From Endomicrobiales bacterium (GTDB lineage: Bacteria > Elusimicrobiota > Endomicrobiia > Endomicrobiales > CAWCFT01): 64,000 nt of DNA. Position 1 is the first letter of the stretch. Each line of letters starts with the position of its first letter. The notes under the pieces are model-generated. The model searched no databases. It was given only the letters and a program-made list of their open reading frames with translations, and was not told the DNA's origin. Shown here piece by piece: positions 31,245-40,543 of this stretch. The DNA lies in the NCBI GenBank assembly GCA_963794945.1, contig CAWCFT010000004.1, forward strand, positions 128,001 to 192,000, read 5' to 3'. The position numbers and the translations under genes are program-made.

Positions 31245-31838
31245 ATGGGAATAAATACTTTCAAAGAAGTCAAATTTTTTATGAGCGTTGATTCCCCGCA
31301 AAAACTGGGGGACGCTAATTCTGAAGTGGCCTTTGTCGGACGCTCTAATGTCGGCAAGAGTTCGCTGCTCAACGCACTTTGCGGCAGGAACGGGCTTGCC
31401 AAGGTCTCAAAAACCCCAGGTAAAACGCGGGCAATAAACGTATTCTCGGTGACCCACGGCAAATGGATAATCGACTTGCCCGGCTACGGTTTTGCCGCTG
31501 TTGCAAGGGACGCGCAGGATAAATGGCAGCATATGATAGAATATTATATTTCCGGGAGAGATTCGCTTGAGGCCGTTTTTGTTCTGATTGACGCAAACGT
31601 AGGCGTTACAAAACTTGACCGGCAGATGATCTTATGGCTCAGCAGTATCGGGATGCCTTACCGTATAGTTGCCAACAAGATAGACCGCATAGCGCAACCA
31701 AAACTTGAAGAGCAGCGCCGAGCTCTTGCGCAGGAGCTGGAAGTCGTGCCGGAATACATCATATGGGTAAGCGCGAAGAAAGGCATCGGCATAAATGAGT
31801 TACAATCCGCTGTTTCGGACATACTTGGATTAAAATAA
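31245..31838 (+). CDS. engB: ribosome biogenesis GTPase YihA/EngB
   Basis: GRSNVGKSS, SKTPGKT, DLPGYG, NKID. Confidence 0.95.
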   Translation: MGINTFKEVKFFMSVDSPQKLGDANSEVAFVGRSNVGKSSLLNALCGRNGLAKVSKTPGKTRAINVFSVTHGKWIIDLPGYGFAAVARDAQDKWQHMIEYYISGRDSLEAVFVLIDANVGVTKLDRQMILWLSSIGMPYRIVANKIDRIAQPKLEEQRRALAQELEVVPEYIIWVSAKKGIGINELQSAVSDILGLK

Positions 31839-31895
31839 GCAAACCCAGTTAAACGGGAATGGCTACAAAAGCAAGATATATTTCCTTATCCTAGA

Positions 31896-31924
31896 TTGAC
31901 AAACTATGTTTTTTTTGGTATCTT
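31896..31924 (+). promoter_or_regulatory. sigma70 promoter of tRNA-Thr
   Basis: TTGACA-17 bp-TATCTT. Confidence 0.7.
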
Positions 31925-31940
31925 TAAGTCCCTAGTTTAT

Positions 31941-32013
31941 GCCGACGTAGCTCAGCTGGTAGAGCAATGGTTTTGTAAACCATTGGTCGGAGGTTCAAGT
32001 CCTCTCGTCGGCT
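31941..32013 (+). tRNA. tRNA-Thr(TGT)
   Basis: GCCGACG acceptor, ATGGT-TTTGTAA-ACCAT anticodon arm, GGTTCAAGTCC. Confidence 0.96.
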
Positions 32014-32098
32014 TTTTACTCCTAAGGCCGTAATTCTAATCTAATCGAATTTCATTGATTATTCAATCACAACTGCCGCAATTAATTTAAGAAAACCA

Positions 32099-32127
32099 TT
32101 GAGAAAAATATTATATTCATGTATAAT
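32099..32127 (+). promoter_or_regulatory. sigma70 promoter of kinase operon
   Basis: TTGAGA-17 bp-TATAAT with TG extension. Confidence 0.65.
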
Positions 32128-32193
32128 GAATTGCGTTTTTAACATTTTCTCGTTAAAAATAGTTAAATTTTCGCAAATTTTTTGGCAAAAACT

Positions 32194-33805
32194 ATGCTAA
32201 AACGGATACGTATCGGCTTACCTCTTAAATTCGTCATTTCCATATCTATTGTTATTATTCTCACTTCGCTTTCCCTCACGTGGTTCTTCATTACTAACCA
32301 AACGGTCCAGATCAGGACCGCCCTAGAAGACAGGTGTAGCATGCTCGCGCGGAACCTCGCCAGCAACAGCGAGTTTGGAGCGTTTACCGGGAACAAAGAA
32401 TACCTTAATAAACTTAACGAACAGGTAATAAAAGAAGAAGATGTTTTTTACAGTGTTATATATGACAAGAACGGCAAGATCCTCACGCTTACCGAAAACG
32501 CGAATTTCAAGAACCTTTATAAAGAACTCGAACCGCTGCTTGCCTATAAAATGCACGCGGCGATAAGGAAAGCTCCTTCCGGTGATAACCAGCACGCCAA
32601 AGATATAATTAAAATTTCTTACAATTCGCAAACAGGAGGGCCTATACATGACACCATCTGCCCGATAATGATAGACCGCATGCCGACCAAAGATGCCGGA
32701 CAGGCTCTCGCTGCCGAGCCTAAAGACATAGGGGAAAGACAGGAGCTCGTAGGGTTTGCAAGAGTCGGCATATCCCTTTCGAGAATGCAGAAACAAATCA
32801 CGGATATCAGGAAAGGAGTGTTCGTTCTTACGTCCATAGTAGTACTGTTCGGCATACTTCTGTCGATATTCCTCGTGCGCATAATTGTACAGCCGATCGA
32901 ACAGCTTTCCATCGGGACAAGAATACTCTCCGGCGGAGATTTAAACTACAAGGTGCAGGTCAGGTCAAACGATGAGATTGGCGAGCTGGCCAACTCGTTT
33001 AACCAGATGGCAGCGGACATCCGTAAATACGTAAGGGAGCTTAACAAAGAAAAAGAAGATCTGCTTGTTTTGAAATCAGCTCTCGAGCAAAGGACCGATG
33101 AACTTGAACAGAACTATACTGAAAGTGAAGAACATACAGCAGGAACTGCTTCGTTCTGAAAAATTCGCGACAATAGGAAGGCTGGCCTCATCTATCGCTC
33201 ACGAACTGAGGAACCCGCTTGCAAGCCTTAAAAATATTTCGTATTATTTGATCAAACTCGGCGCGTTCAATATTGACGAAAAAGCGAAACAGATGCTTGA
33301 ATTGCTGTCGATCGACGTAGCTCGGGCCAATCGGATAGTAACCGACCTGCTGGATTTTTCCCGTATTAAAAAGATCAACAAGACACCCACAAGGGTAGAT
33401 GATCTCATAAACAATTTTCTTGACAGCCTGGACTTCGGGCAGAATATCCGCATTACTCGCAGGCTCGAACACGTAGTCGCCAACATCGACCCTGACAAGG
33501 TGAAGCAGGTTTTAGTAAATATTTTCTCGAACGCTAGGGACGCCATGCCCGAAGGCGGCGACATATCCATAAGTACGCGCAAAGTTGACTCAAGCGCCGT
33601 GATCACAGTGGCAGACACCGGCAACGGCATGGATGATGAGACCTTGAGCCATATTTTTGACCCGCTGTTTTCCACTAAGAACAGGGGGCTGGGATTAAGC
33701 CTGGCTATAGTCAAAGAAGTCATAGAACTGCACTCAGGCAGGATATTGGTTGAAAGCAAGAAAGGTTCCGGCACCACGTTCGAGCTTCGCCTGCCGCTGG
33801 AATAG
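32194..33805 (+). CDS. membrane HAMP-domain sensor histidine kinase (frameshift near 33110)
   Basis: 2 TM, HAMP (DEIGELANSFNQM), H-box AHELRNPL, DTGNG. Confidence 0.9.
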
Positions 33806-33875
33806 AATTACACGGGTTTTTGAGTGGGGCATATCCCCTTCATGCCTGGATTTTTAGTTAATGCCGGAGGGATCA

Positions 33876-34982
33876 ATGGGCAAAAAAAAGCTTAAAATTC
33901 TTATAGCCGATGATGAGGACGGCCTCAGGCTTTCCATGGCAGGCATTATCGAGATGGAGGGGCACGAAGTGATCACAGCGGCCGATGGGTATGAAGCCAT
34001 TGAGTGCGCGAAAGAGCATTCTTTCGACATAGCCTTCCTTGATATAAAAATGCCCGGCATAAACGGTGTGGAGACGTTTAAGCAGATCAAGAAAATAACG
34101 CCGGAGACCGTTGTTGTCATGATGACGGCGTACGCCGTGCAGCACCTTATAAAAGAAGCTATCAGCGAAGGAGCCTACGCCTGCATAAATAAACCTTTCG
34201 ACATGGATAAGATCATGGAGACTATTAAAGAAGTTTCCAAAAAACCATTCGTGGTTGTCATCGAAGATGACCCGAAGCTCTGTGTTGAGCTGGACCACAA
34301 ACTCAAAGAACACGGATTTAATGCCGTAACAAAACCGTCCGGCGCCGAGGGCACCGAGCTTGTTCAGCGCAAAATACCTGACATGATTTTTCTGAAGATC
34401 AACAAAAATACCCTGGAAACATTCAAGAAAATAAAAGAATCGCTCGGGGATAAGACCCCGAAAGTTATTCTTCTCGGGAACGACCCGTCTGACCCGGTTA
34501 TAGATGAGATAAAAAAACTTGGCAACGCCGAATATATGCCCAGACCGCTCAACGCCCAGGAAATGAAAAACACTATCAGCAAAGTAATTTCTAAAAACAA
34601 CAACCTCAAGATATGCGTAGTGGACGACGACAAGCCGCTTTGCGACTCGCTAAAGAACCTGCTCGTGTCAGGCGGGTACGACGTAGACACGGCTTACACA
34701 GGAGACGAGGCTCTTAAAAAAATGGAAGGCGATGCTTTTAAAGGCGACTCACTGAAGATCATTATTCTAGACGTGCGTCTCCCTGATGTAAACGGGGTTG
34801 AGATCTATGAAAAAATAAAAAGCACAAATCCCGGAGTCGGCGTGATATTCATAAGCGGCGTCCCGCTTAACGACAGCGCGGACAACACCATTAAAAAGAA
34901 CAACTATGTGTATCTTCACAAACCGTTTGACCCCGAAAACCTCATCAAGATGATAGAGCGAATAAAAGAAACAAAGCTTTAA
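33876..34982 (+). CDS. response regulator made of three receiver domains, no output domain
   Basis: ILIADD..FLDIKMP; VIEDD..IFLKIN (no acceptor Asp); VVDDD..ILDVRLP. Confidence 0.88.
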   Translation: MGKKKLKILIADDEDGLRLSMAGIIEMEGHEVITAADGYEAIECAKEHSFDIAFLDIKMPGINGVETFKQIKKITPETVVVMMTAYAVQHLIKEAISEGAYACINKPFDMDKIMETIKEVSKKPFVVVIEDDPKLCVELDHKLKEHGFNAVTKPSGAEGTELVQRKIPDMIFLKINKNTLETFKKIKESLGDKTPKVILLGNDPSDPVIDEIKKLGNAEYMPRPLNAQEMKNTISKVISKNNNLKICVVDDDKPLCDSLKNLLVSGGYDVDTAYTGDEALKKMEGDAFKGDSLKIIILDVRLPDVNGVEIYEKIKSTNPGVGVIFISGVPLNDSADNTIKKNNYVYLHKPFDPENLIKMIERIKETKL

Positions 34983-35025
34983 ATAATACTTAGGCAAGGC
35001 CGTAGCTATATAAGGGGTGTAAAAA

Positions 35026-35955
35026 ATGACTGCAAATCCAACACCTTCAACCGTGAGCAAACCTGACATTTCAAAGATCTACCCCTATGCCTTTCTTGGG
35101 GCGGCGGCGTTATTTATCTTCTGGATCACTTTCTTCTTTCCGTGCCCGCCGCGTTTGAAATTGATCTTAGTGGGCGCCTTCACGGTTATCGAAGTGCTTT
35201 CTTTTCTTTATTATAAATCCGAGATGAACAATACTATAAAAATAAAGAAGAGCGGCATGGATTCTATTATAAGGGAAATCAAAGACTGTCAAAAAATGCT
35301 CGTTAATGAAGAGATCACTTCCGCTGTATCGAAATTCGCGTCAGTAATTTCCCACGAGCTGAAAAACCCGCTTTCCAGCCTGAAAAATATCGCCTATTAC
35401 CTTATCAAGACGGTCAACAGCGAAGACGCGAAAGGCAAGCGGATGATGGAGATCCTTTCAAGCGAAGTAGACAGAGTAGATAGGATGATAGGCGAGTTCT
35501 CCAATATCTCCCATGCTAGAAGGATAACTAAAACCATGACGAACGTTTCCGACCTCACTGAAAGCACGTTAGGCGGATACGCGTTAGCGCCGGAAATAGA
35601 GCTGAAAAAAGAGATAGAGCCAGGAATTCGAGCCAATATAGACCCCGAAAGAATAGAAGTGGTCCTTAAATACCTTCTTAAGAACGCTGTTTACGCTATC
35701 GGCAAGAAAGGCAGCATACTGGTAAGCCTTAAAACGGTTGGGACATTTTTTGAACTAGCCGTAGCTGATTCCGGCTCGGGCATAGACGATGAAACCGTTG
35801 AACATATCTTCGAACCGATGTTCACTACCAAAACAAAATCGTTAGGCCTCGGTCTTACCGTGATCAAGGAAACCGTCACCGGCCATGACGGAAAGATCGA
35901 TGTAGAAACAAAAAAAGACAAAGGCTCGACTTTCAGGATTTTCATACCTCTTTAA
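35026..35955 (+). CDS. two-TM histidine kinase with minimal sensor region
   Basis: SHELKNPL, DSGSGID, IFEPMFTTK. Confidence 0.88.
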   Translation: MTANPTPSTVSKPDISKIYPYAFLGAAALFIFWITFFFPCPPRLKLILVGAFTVIEVLSFLYYKSEMNNTIKIKKSGMDSIIREIKDCQKMLVNEEITSAVSKFASVISHELKNPLSSLKNIAYYLIKTVNSEDAKGKRMMEILSSEVDRVDRMIGEFSNISHARRITKTMTNVSDLTESTLGGYALAPEIELKKEIEPGIRANIDPERIEVVLKYLLKNAVYAIGKKGSILVSLKTVGTFFELAVADSGSGIDDETVEHIFEPMFTTKTKSLGLGLTVIKETVTGHDGKIDVETKKDKGSTFRIFIPL

Positions 35956-35992
35956 ACATCTATCGGTGCTCAAATCTTTAAAACCAAAGGCA

Positions 35993-36134
35993 TTGACATT
36001 AATCGATTGCGGGCTACACTCAGTTTACGAGCATCCGTAAAACCCGGCGAATTCTATTCGGTTATCATGCAGATTAAGCTTTTAATTAGTATTTGCGCGT
36101 ACCGGTTGACTTTTATAATCAATTAATATATAAT
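35993..36134 (+). promoter_or_regulatory. tandem sigma70 promoters for tRNA-tuf operon
   Basis: TTGACA-16-TACACT (35993-36020) and TTGACT-17-TATAAT (36106-36134). Confidence 0.65.
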
Positions 36135-36230
36135 TATCAAGCGTATAAATATATCTGATGTGAAATCCAGGCTTAGATACAGCTGGTTTTTTCTTTTTTT
36201 GATCCACTGGTTTTCTTTGAATTTCTTAAT

Positions 36231-36315
36231 GGACGGGTGGCAGAGCGGTCTATTGCACCAGACTGTAAATCTGGCGGGCTTACGCCCTTCGGTGGTTCAA
36301 ATCCATCCCCGTCCA
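36231..36315 (+). tRNA. tRNA-Tyr(GTA)
   Basis: GGACGGG acceptor, CCAGA-CTGTAAA-TCTGG, long variable arm. Confidence 0.96.
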
Positions 36316-36325
36316 CTTTATTACA

Positions 36326-36396
36326 CAATTACAGATTTCAAATTACAGATTAAATCATACCCGTGAAGTCAATTTGTAATATGTAATCTGCAATTG
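36326..36396. repeat. heptamer-periodic inverted repeat spacer (ATTACAG type)
   Basis: CAATTACAGATTTCAAATTACAGATT ... AATTTGTAATATGTAATCTGCAATTG. Confidence 0.8.
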
Positions 36397-36403
36397 ATGC
36401 TAC

Positions 36404-36474
36404 GCGGGAGTAGCACAATGGTAGTGCGCCAGCCTTCCAAGCTGGTCACGCGGGTTCGATTCCCGTCTCCCGCT
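36404..36474 (+). tRNA. tRNA-Gly(TCC)
   Basis: GCGGGAG acceptor, CCAGC-CTTCCAA-GCTGG. Confidence 0.96.
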
Positions 36475-36634
36475 CTTTAATAGTTCTTTAACATTTTAGG
36501 AAAGGTTCAGCTCATCCCGCAGGGCGGGATGAGCAACGATGAATGGGGAAACCTAGGTTTCCCCTTGTGGAGCGTTCCGGCGTCGACAGCTGGAACCGCG
36601 AAGTAAGTCCGAGTATTAACGAGGACGCGACTAT

Positions 36635-36706
36635 GCCGGGGTAGCTCAGTGGTAGAGCACTTCATTGGTAATGAAGTGGCCGTGGGTTCAATCCCCATCC
36701 CCGGCT
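36635..36706 (+). tRNA. tRNA-Thr(GGT)
   Basis: GCCGGGG acceptor, CTTCA-TTGGTAA-TGAAG. Confidence 0.95.
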
Positions 36707-36780
36707 TAAGATATAGAATAGGCGAACAATAAAAGACATCCAACGGGATACAGCATATCCCAAATTCGGAGGAAAGTATT

Positions 36781-37980
36781 ATGGCAAAAGCGAAATTTGA
36801 CAGGACAAAGCCGCATGTGAACGTAGGGACGATCGGTCACGTAGACCACGGCAAAACGACATTGACAGCAGCGATAACGAAAGTATTAGGCGACAAGGGA
36901 TTAGCGACGTACGTGCCCTACGACACAGTAGCGAAAGCCTCTGAGTCACAGGGGCGCCGCGACCCGACCAAGATCCTTACGATCGCGGTCAGCCACGTAG
37001 AATATTCCACAGAAAAAAGGCATTACGCGCATATAGACTGCCCTGGGCACGCCGACTACATTAAGAACATGATAACCGGCGCGGCGCAGATGGACGGAGC
37101 GATACTGGTGGTATCAGCTACTGACGGCCCGATGCCGCAGACCAGAGAGCACATACTTCTTGCGCATCAGGTGAACGTGCCGAATATAGTGGTATTCATG
37201 AACAAGTGCGACGCCGTTGATGATAAAGACCTATTGGACCTTGTGGAGATGGAAGTAAGAGAACTTTTGACGAAGTACCAGTTCCCCGGGGATAAGATTC
37301 CGGTGATCAGGGGATCAGCGACCAAAGCGATCGCGGGCGACCCTGCGGGCGTAGAATCGATAATGAAGCTTGTGACAGCGTTGGACGAATATATACCGAT
37401 GCCTGTCAGAGAGATAGACAAACCGTTCCTGATGGCCGTTGAAGACGTGTTCTCGATAACGGGGCGCGGAACAGTGGCTACGGGCAGGATGGAAAGAGGC
37501 AAACTGAAAGTGGGCGATGCGGTAGAGCTTGTTGGCATAACAGACACGATGAAATCGGTAGCTACAGGCATAGAGATGTTCAGGAAGCTGCTAGACGATG
37601 CGCAGGCCGGCGACAACGTTGGCGTGCTTTTGAGAGGCATAGAGAAGAACCAGGTGCAGAGAGGCCAGGTAATAGCGGCGCCGGGAACGATCAAACCGCA
37701 CAAGAAGTTCAAGGGACAGGTATATATATTGACAAAAGAAGAGGGCGGCAGGCACACACCGTTCTTTACGGGATACCGTCCGCAGTTTTACTTCAGGACG
37801 ACAGATGTGACCGGAGTAGCGAACCTACCTGCTGGAATGGAGATGGTGATGCCCGGGGATAACGTTAAGATGGACATTGAGCTGATAGCTCCGATAGCTA
37901 TGGAGACGCAGCTGAGGTTCGCCATAAGAGAAGGCGGACACACAGTTGGTGCTGGCGTGGTTACTGAGATCGTGGAATAA
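36781..37980 (+). CDS. tuf: elongation factor Tu
   Basis: [31 protein letters not shown]. Confidence 0.99.
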   Translation: MAKAKFDRTKPHVNVGTIGHVDHGKTTLTAAITKVLGDKGLATYVPYDTVAKASESQGRRDPTKILTIAVSHVEYSTEKRHYAHIDCPGHADYIKNMITGAAQMDGAILVVSATDGPMPQTREHILLAHQVNVPNIVVFMNKCDAVDDKDLLDLVEMEVRELLTKYQFPGDKIPVIRGSATKAIAGDPAGVESIMKLVTALDEYIPMPVREIDKPFLMAVEDVFSITGRGTVATGRMERGKLKVGDAVELVGITDTMKSVATGIEMFRKLLDDAQAGDNVGVLLRGIEKNQVQRGQVIAAPGTIKPHKKFKGQVYILTKEEGGRHTPFFTGYRPQFYFRTTDVTGVANLPAGMEMVMPGDNVKMDIELIAPIAMETQLRFAIREGGHTVGAGVVTEIVE

Positions 37981-38029
37981 TAAGAGATAGGCTCGTAAGA
38001 GCTAAAGAAACTGAAAGAGGATTAGATAT

Positions 38030-38185
38030 ATGGCTAACGAGAGAGTAATTCAAACATTGGCGTGCAGCGTTTGCAAAGAAAGGAATTATACTTACGCCAA
38101 AGGCAAGAAGAAAGAAGGCAAGCTTGAATTAAGCAAGTTCTGCTCCAGATGCGGAAAACATACTTTGCACAAAGAAACAAAATAA
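38030..38185 (+). CDS. rpmG: 50S ribosomal protein L33 (zinc-ribbon form), absent from ORF track
   Basis: [20 protein letters not shown]...[16 protein letters not shown]. Confidence 0.95.
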   Translation: MANERVIQTLACSVCKERNYTYAKGKKKEGKLELSKFCSRCGKHTLHKETK

Positions 38186-38192
38186 TATAAAA

Positions 38193-38280
38193 GCAGCTGT
38201 AAGTCATAAGCTGTAAGCTATAAGTTGAATCCGGGCTTTAAGACTTTTCTTACAGCTTAACGCTTAAAGCTTAAAACTGT
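38193..38280. repeat. heptamer-periodic inverted repeat spacer (AGCTRTA type)
   Basis: AGCTGTA AGTCATA AGCTGTA AGCTATA ... TACAGCT TAACGCT TAAAGCT TAAAACT. Confidence 0.85.
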
Positions 38281-38287
38281 TAGTATA

Positions 38288-38361
38288 GGGAGCATAAGCT
38301 AATGGTAAACTTCCGGTCTCCAAAACCGGTCTTGAGGGTTCGAATCCTTCTGCTCCCGCCA
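38288..38361 (+). tRNA. tRNA-Trp(CCA)
   Basis: GGGAGCA acceptor, CCGGT-CTCCAAA-ACCGG, encoded CCA end. Confidence 0.95.
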
Positions 38362-38407
38362 TTAAATGCGGAAAGCACAGCGTTTTGAGCGACAAAAGGA
38401 ATACAAG

Positions 38408-38599
38408 ATGAATAATTTTTTCAACCAGGCCTTACAGTTCGTCAAAGAAGCTTATGCCGAGCTGAAAAAAGTGTCGTGGCTTTCAAGGAAAGAAGCCATT
38501 GCGTCAACCATTGTAGTTATCATCATCGTGATCCTTGTAGCCATCTACGTGGGTTTTGTCGATTTTGTACTGGCAAGGTTGTTGGGCGCGATACTCTAA
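38408..38599 (+). CDS. secE: preprotein translocase subunit SecE
   Basis: ELKKVSW..RKE, single TM, between tRNA-Trp and nusG. Confidence 0.93.
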   Translation: MNNFFNQALQFVKEAYAELKKVSWLSRKEAIASTIVVIIIVILVAIYVGFVDFVLARLLGAIL

Positions 38600-38618
38600 A
38601 TATTTAACGAGGTAAAAA

Positions 38619-39146
38619 ATGGCAAATAAATGGTATGTGGTTCACACTTATTCCGGTCACGAGGACCGCGTCAAGTCAAGCCTGGAAAAAGCCGTGGCGA
38701 ACCTTGGGCTCGGGGCGCGCATCTCGCAGGTGCTTGTGCCTACAGAAGACGTGGTCGAGATAAAACGGAACAAGAAACATTTCAAAAAACGCAAGTTTTT
38801 CCCCGGATATTGTTTTGTAGAGATGGAGATCGACAACGAAACCTATTGGCTCGTGCGCAACACAGCGGGGGTCACAGGCTTTCTCGGTGGCGTCAAACCC
38901 GTCCCGATGCCTGAAGACGAAGTTAAGAACCTCATAGAAACCAGCACGACGCCGGCCGCCAAGCCGCGCCCGGCTATAATGTTCGAGAAAGAAGAGAACG
39001 TAAGGATAATCGAAGGGCCTTTCAAACATTTCATAGGAGTAGTCGAAGAAGTCAACGAGGAGAGAGGCAAACTGAAGGTCATGGTAACGATCTTCGGCAG
39101 GCCTACGCCGGTTGAACTTGACTTCCTGCAGGTTGAAAAATTATAA
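38619..39146 (+). CDS. nusG: transcription factor NusG
   Basis: WYVVHTYSGHE, FPGY, IFGRPTPVEL. Confidence 0.98.
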   Translation: MANKWYVVHTYSGHEDRVKSSLEKAVANLGLGARISQVLVPTEDVVEIKRNKKHFKKRKFFPGYCFVEMEIDNETYWLVRNTAGVTGFLGGVKPVPMPEDEVKNLIETSTTPAAKPRPAIMFEKEENVRIIEGPFKHFIGVVEEVNEERGKLKVMVTIFGRPTPVELDFLQVEKL

Positions 39147-39150
39147 AACC

Positions 39151-39230
39151 AGCGATAAGATATAAGCAATAAGCTGTAAGATAATTTCAAAGGACTTAAA
39201 CTTATAGCTTAAAACTTACAGCTTATAGCT
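39151..39230. repeat. heptamer-periodic inverted repeat spacer (AGCTRTA type)
   Basis: AGCGATA AGATATA AGCAATA AGCTGTA ... TAAACT TATAGCT TAAAACT TACAGCT TATAGCT. Confidence 0.85.
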
Positions 39231-39249
39231 AATAATAAGGAGTAAAATC

Positions 39250-39684
39250 ATGGCAGTAAAAAAGAAAGTCAAAACGCAGATCAAACTTCAAATACCGGCG
39301 GGCAACGCGAATCCCGCTCCCCCGGTAGGGCCGGCGCTGGGTCAGCAGGGCGTTAACATCATGGATTTCTGCAAACAATTCAACGCCAAGACAGCCTCTA
39401 TGGAAGCCGGCATGACGATACCTGTGGTAATAACCGTTTTCGAAGACAGGTCATTTACCTTCATAACGAAAATGCCCCCTGTTTCCGCTCTTGTTAAGAA
39501 AGCCGCGGGTATAGCTAAAGCCAGCGGAGAGCCGAACAAGAACAAGGTTGGCAAGATAACCAAAAAACAGGTCGAAGAAATAGCTAAACAGAAAATGCCC
39601 GATCTCAATGCCAACGACCTCGAAGCCGCGAAGCTCATGGTGGAAGGCACGGCCCGCAGCATGGGCGTAGAAGTGGTAGAATAA
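39250..39684 (+). CDS. rplK: 50S ribosomal protein L11
   Basis: [19 protein letters not shown]. Confidence 0.99.
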   Translation: MAVKKKVKTQIKLQIPAGNANPAPPVGPALGQQGVNIMDFCKQFNAKTASMEAGMTIPVVITVFEDRSFTFITKMPPVSALVKKAAGIAKASGEPNKNKVGKITKKQVEEIAKQKMPDLNANDLEAAKLMVEGTARSMGVEVVE

Positions 39685-39691
39685 ATTTAAC

Positions 39692-39724
39692 GTGGGAGTC
39701 CGCCAAAGGCGGACGAAAAACCAC
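39692..39724 (+). promoter_or_regulatory. L1 autoregulatory mRNA site before rplA
   Basis: GTGG-GAG-TCCGCC-AAA-GGCGGA-CGAAAAA-CCAC hairpin with asymmetric loop abutting the RBS. Confidence 0.65.
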
Positions 39725-39735
39725 ACGGAGGAATA

Positions 39736-40419
39736 ATGAGTAAACGACTGACAGAAACATCAAAACTGGTAGACAAAACAAAGCTTTATGAGATTGCTGA
39801 CGCCATTAATCTCGTAAAACAGACCGCCAAGGCGAAATTCGATGAGACGATCGAGATCCATATACGCCTGAGCATCGACCCCAAGAAAAGTGACCAGAAC
39901 GTGCGCGGAACGGTAACGCTTCCACACGGGATAGGAAAATCCAGGAAAGTAGCCGTCATAGCCAAGGGCGACAAACTGAAAGAAGCAGAGACAGCCGGTG
40001 CCGATACCGTTGGCTCGGACGACCTGATAGATAAAATAGCTAAGGGCTGGCTTGATTTCGACGTGCTTGTCTGTACGCCTGACGTCATGAAAGAAGCCTC
40101 AAAACTTGGTAAAGTGCTCGGCCCCAAAGGTCTTATGCCGAACCCCAAATCAGGCACGGTCACTTTTGATGTGGAAAGAACCGTAAAAGAACTCAAACTG
40201 GGCCGCGTTGAATATAAGAACGATTCATACGGCATCATCCACTGCCCGGTAGGAAAAGCCTCTTTTGACGCGTCAAAGCTCCTGGAGAATACAAAGACGC
40301 TCCTGGACGCTGTGGTCCGCTCAAAACCTTCATCATCGAAAGGCCAATATCTCAAAAGTATATCGGTTTCTTCGACAATGGGACCCGGTATCAAACTTGA
40401 TCCTAGCCAAAAGTTATAA
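39736..40419 (+). CDS. rplA: 50S ribosomal protein L1
   Basis: AKFDET, LPHGIGK, GLMPNPKSGT, STMGPG. Confidence 0.99.
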   Translation: MSKRLTETSKLVDKTKLYEIADAINLVKQTAKAKFDETIEIHIRLSIDPKKSDQNVRGTVTLPHGIGKSRKVAVIAKGDKLKEAETAGADTVGSDDLIDKIAKGWLDFDVLVCTPDVMKEASKLGKVLGPKGLMPNPKSGTVTFDVERTVKELKLGRVEYKNDSYGIIHCPVGKASFDASKLLENTKTLLDAVVRSKPSSSKGQYLKSISVSSTMGPGIKLDPSQKL

Positions 40420-40480
40420 TTACTAGGATTTAAAGCCGGATTGTACCCAATGCAAATTCCGGATATTATGAAACTTCTCA

Positions 40481-40527
40481 AATAAGAAAGCTGTCTTCCG
40501 GTCTTGCCGGCAGGCAGCTTTTTTATT
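40481..40527 (+). terminator. intrinsic terminator after rplA
   Basis: AAAGCTGTCTTCCGG..CCGGCAGGCAGCTTTTTT. Confidence 0.75.
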
Positions 40528-40543
40528 AGCATTCGGTGGGGAT

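Noticed and set aside
32014..36230. Active integrative element or prophage at tRNA-Thr
   Set aside because: No integrase, att duplication or phage genes.
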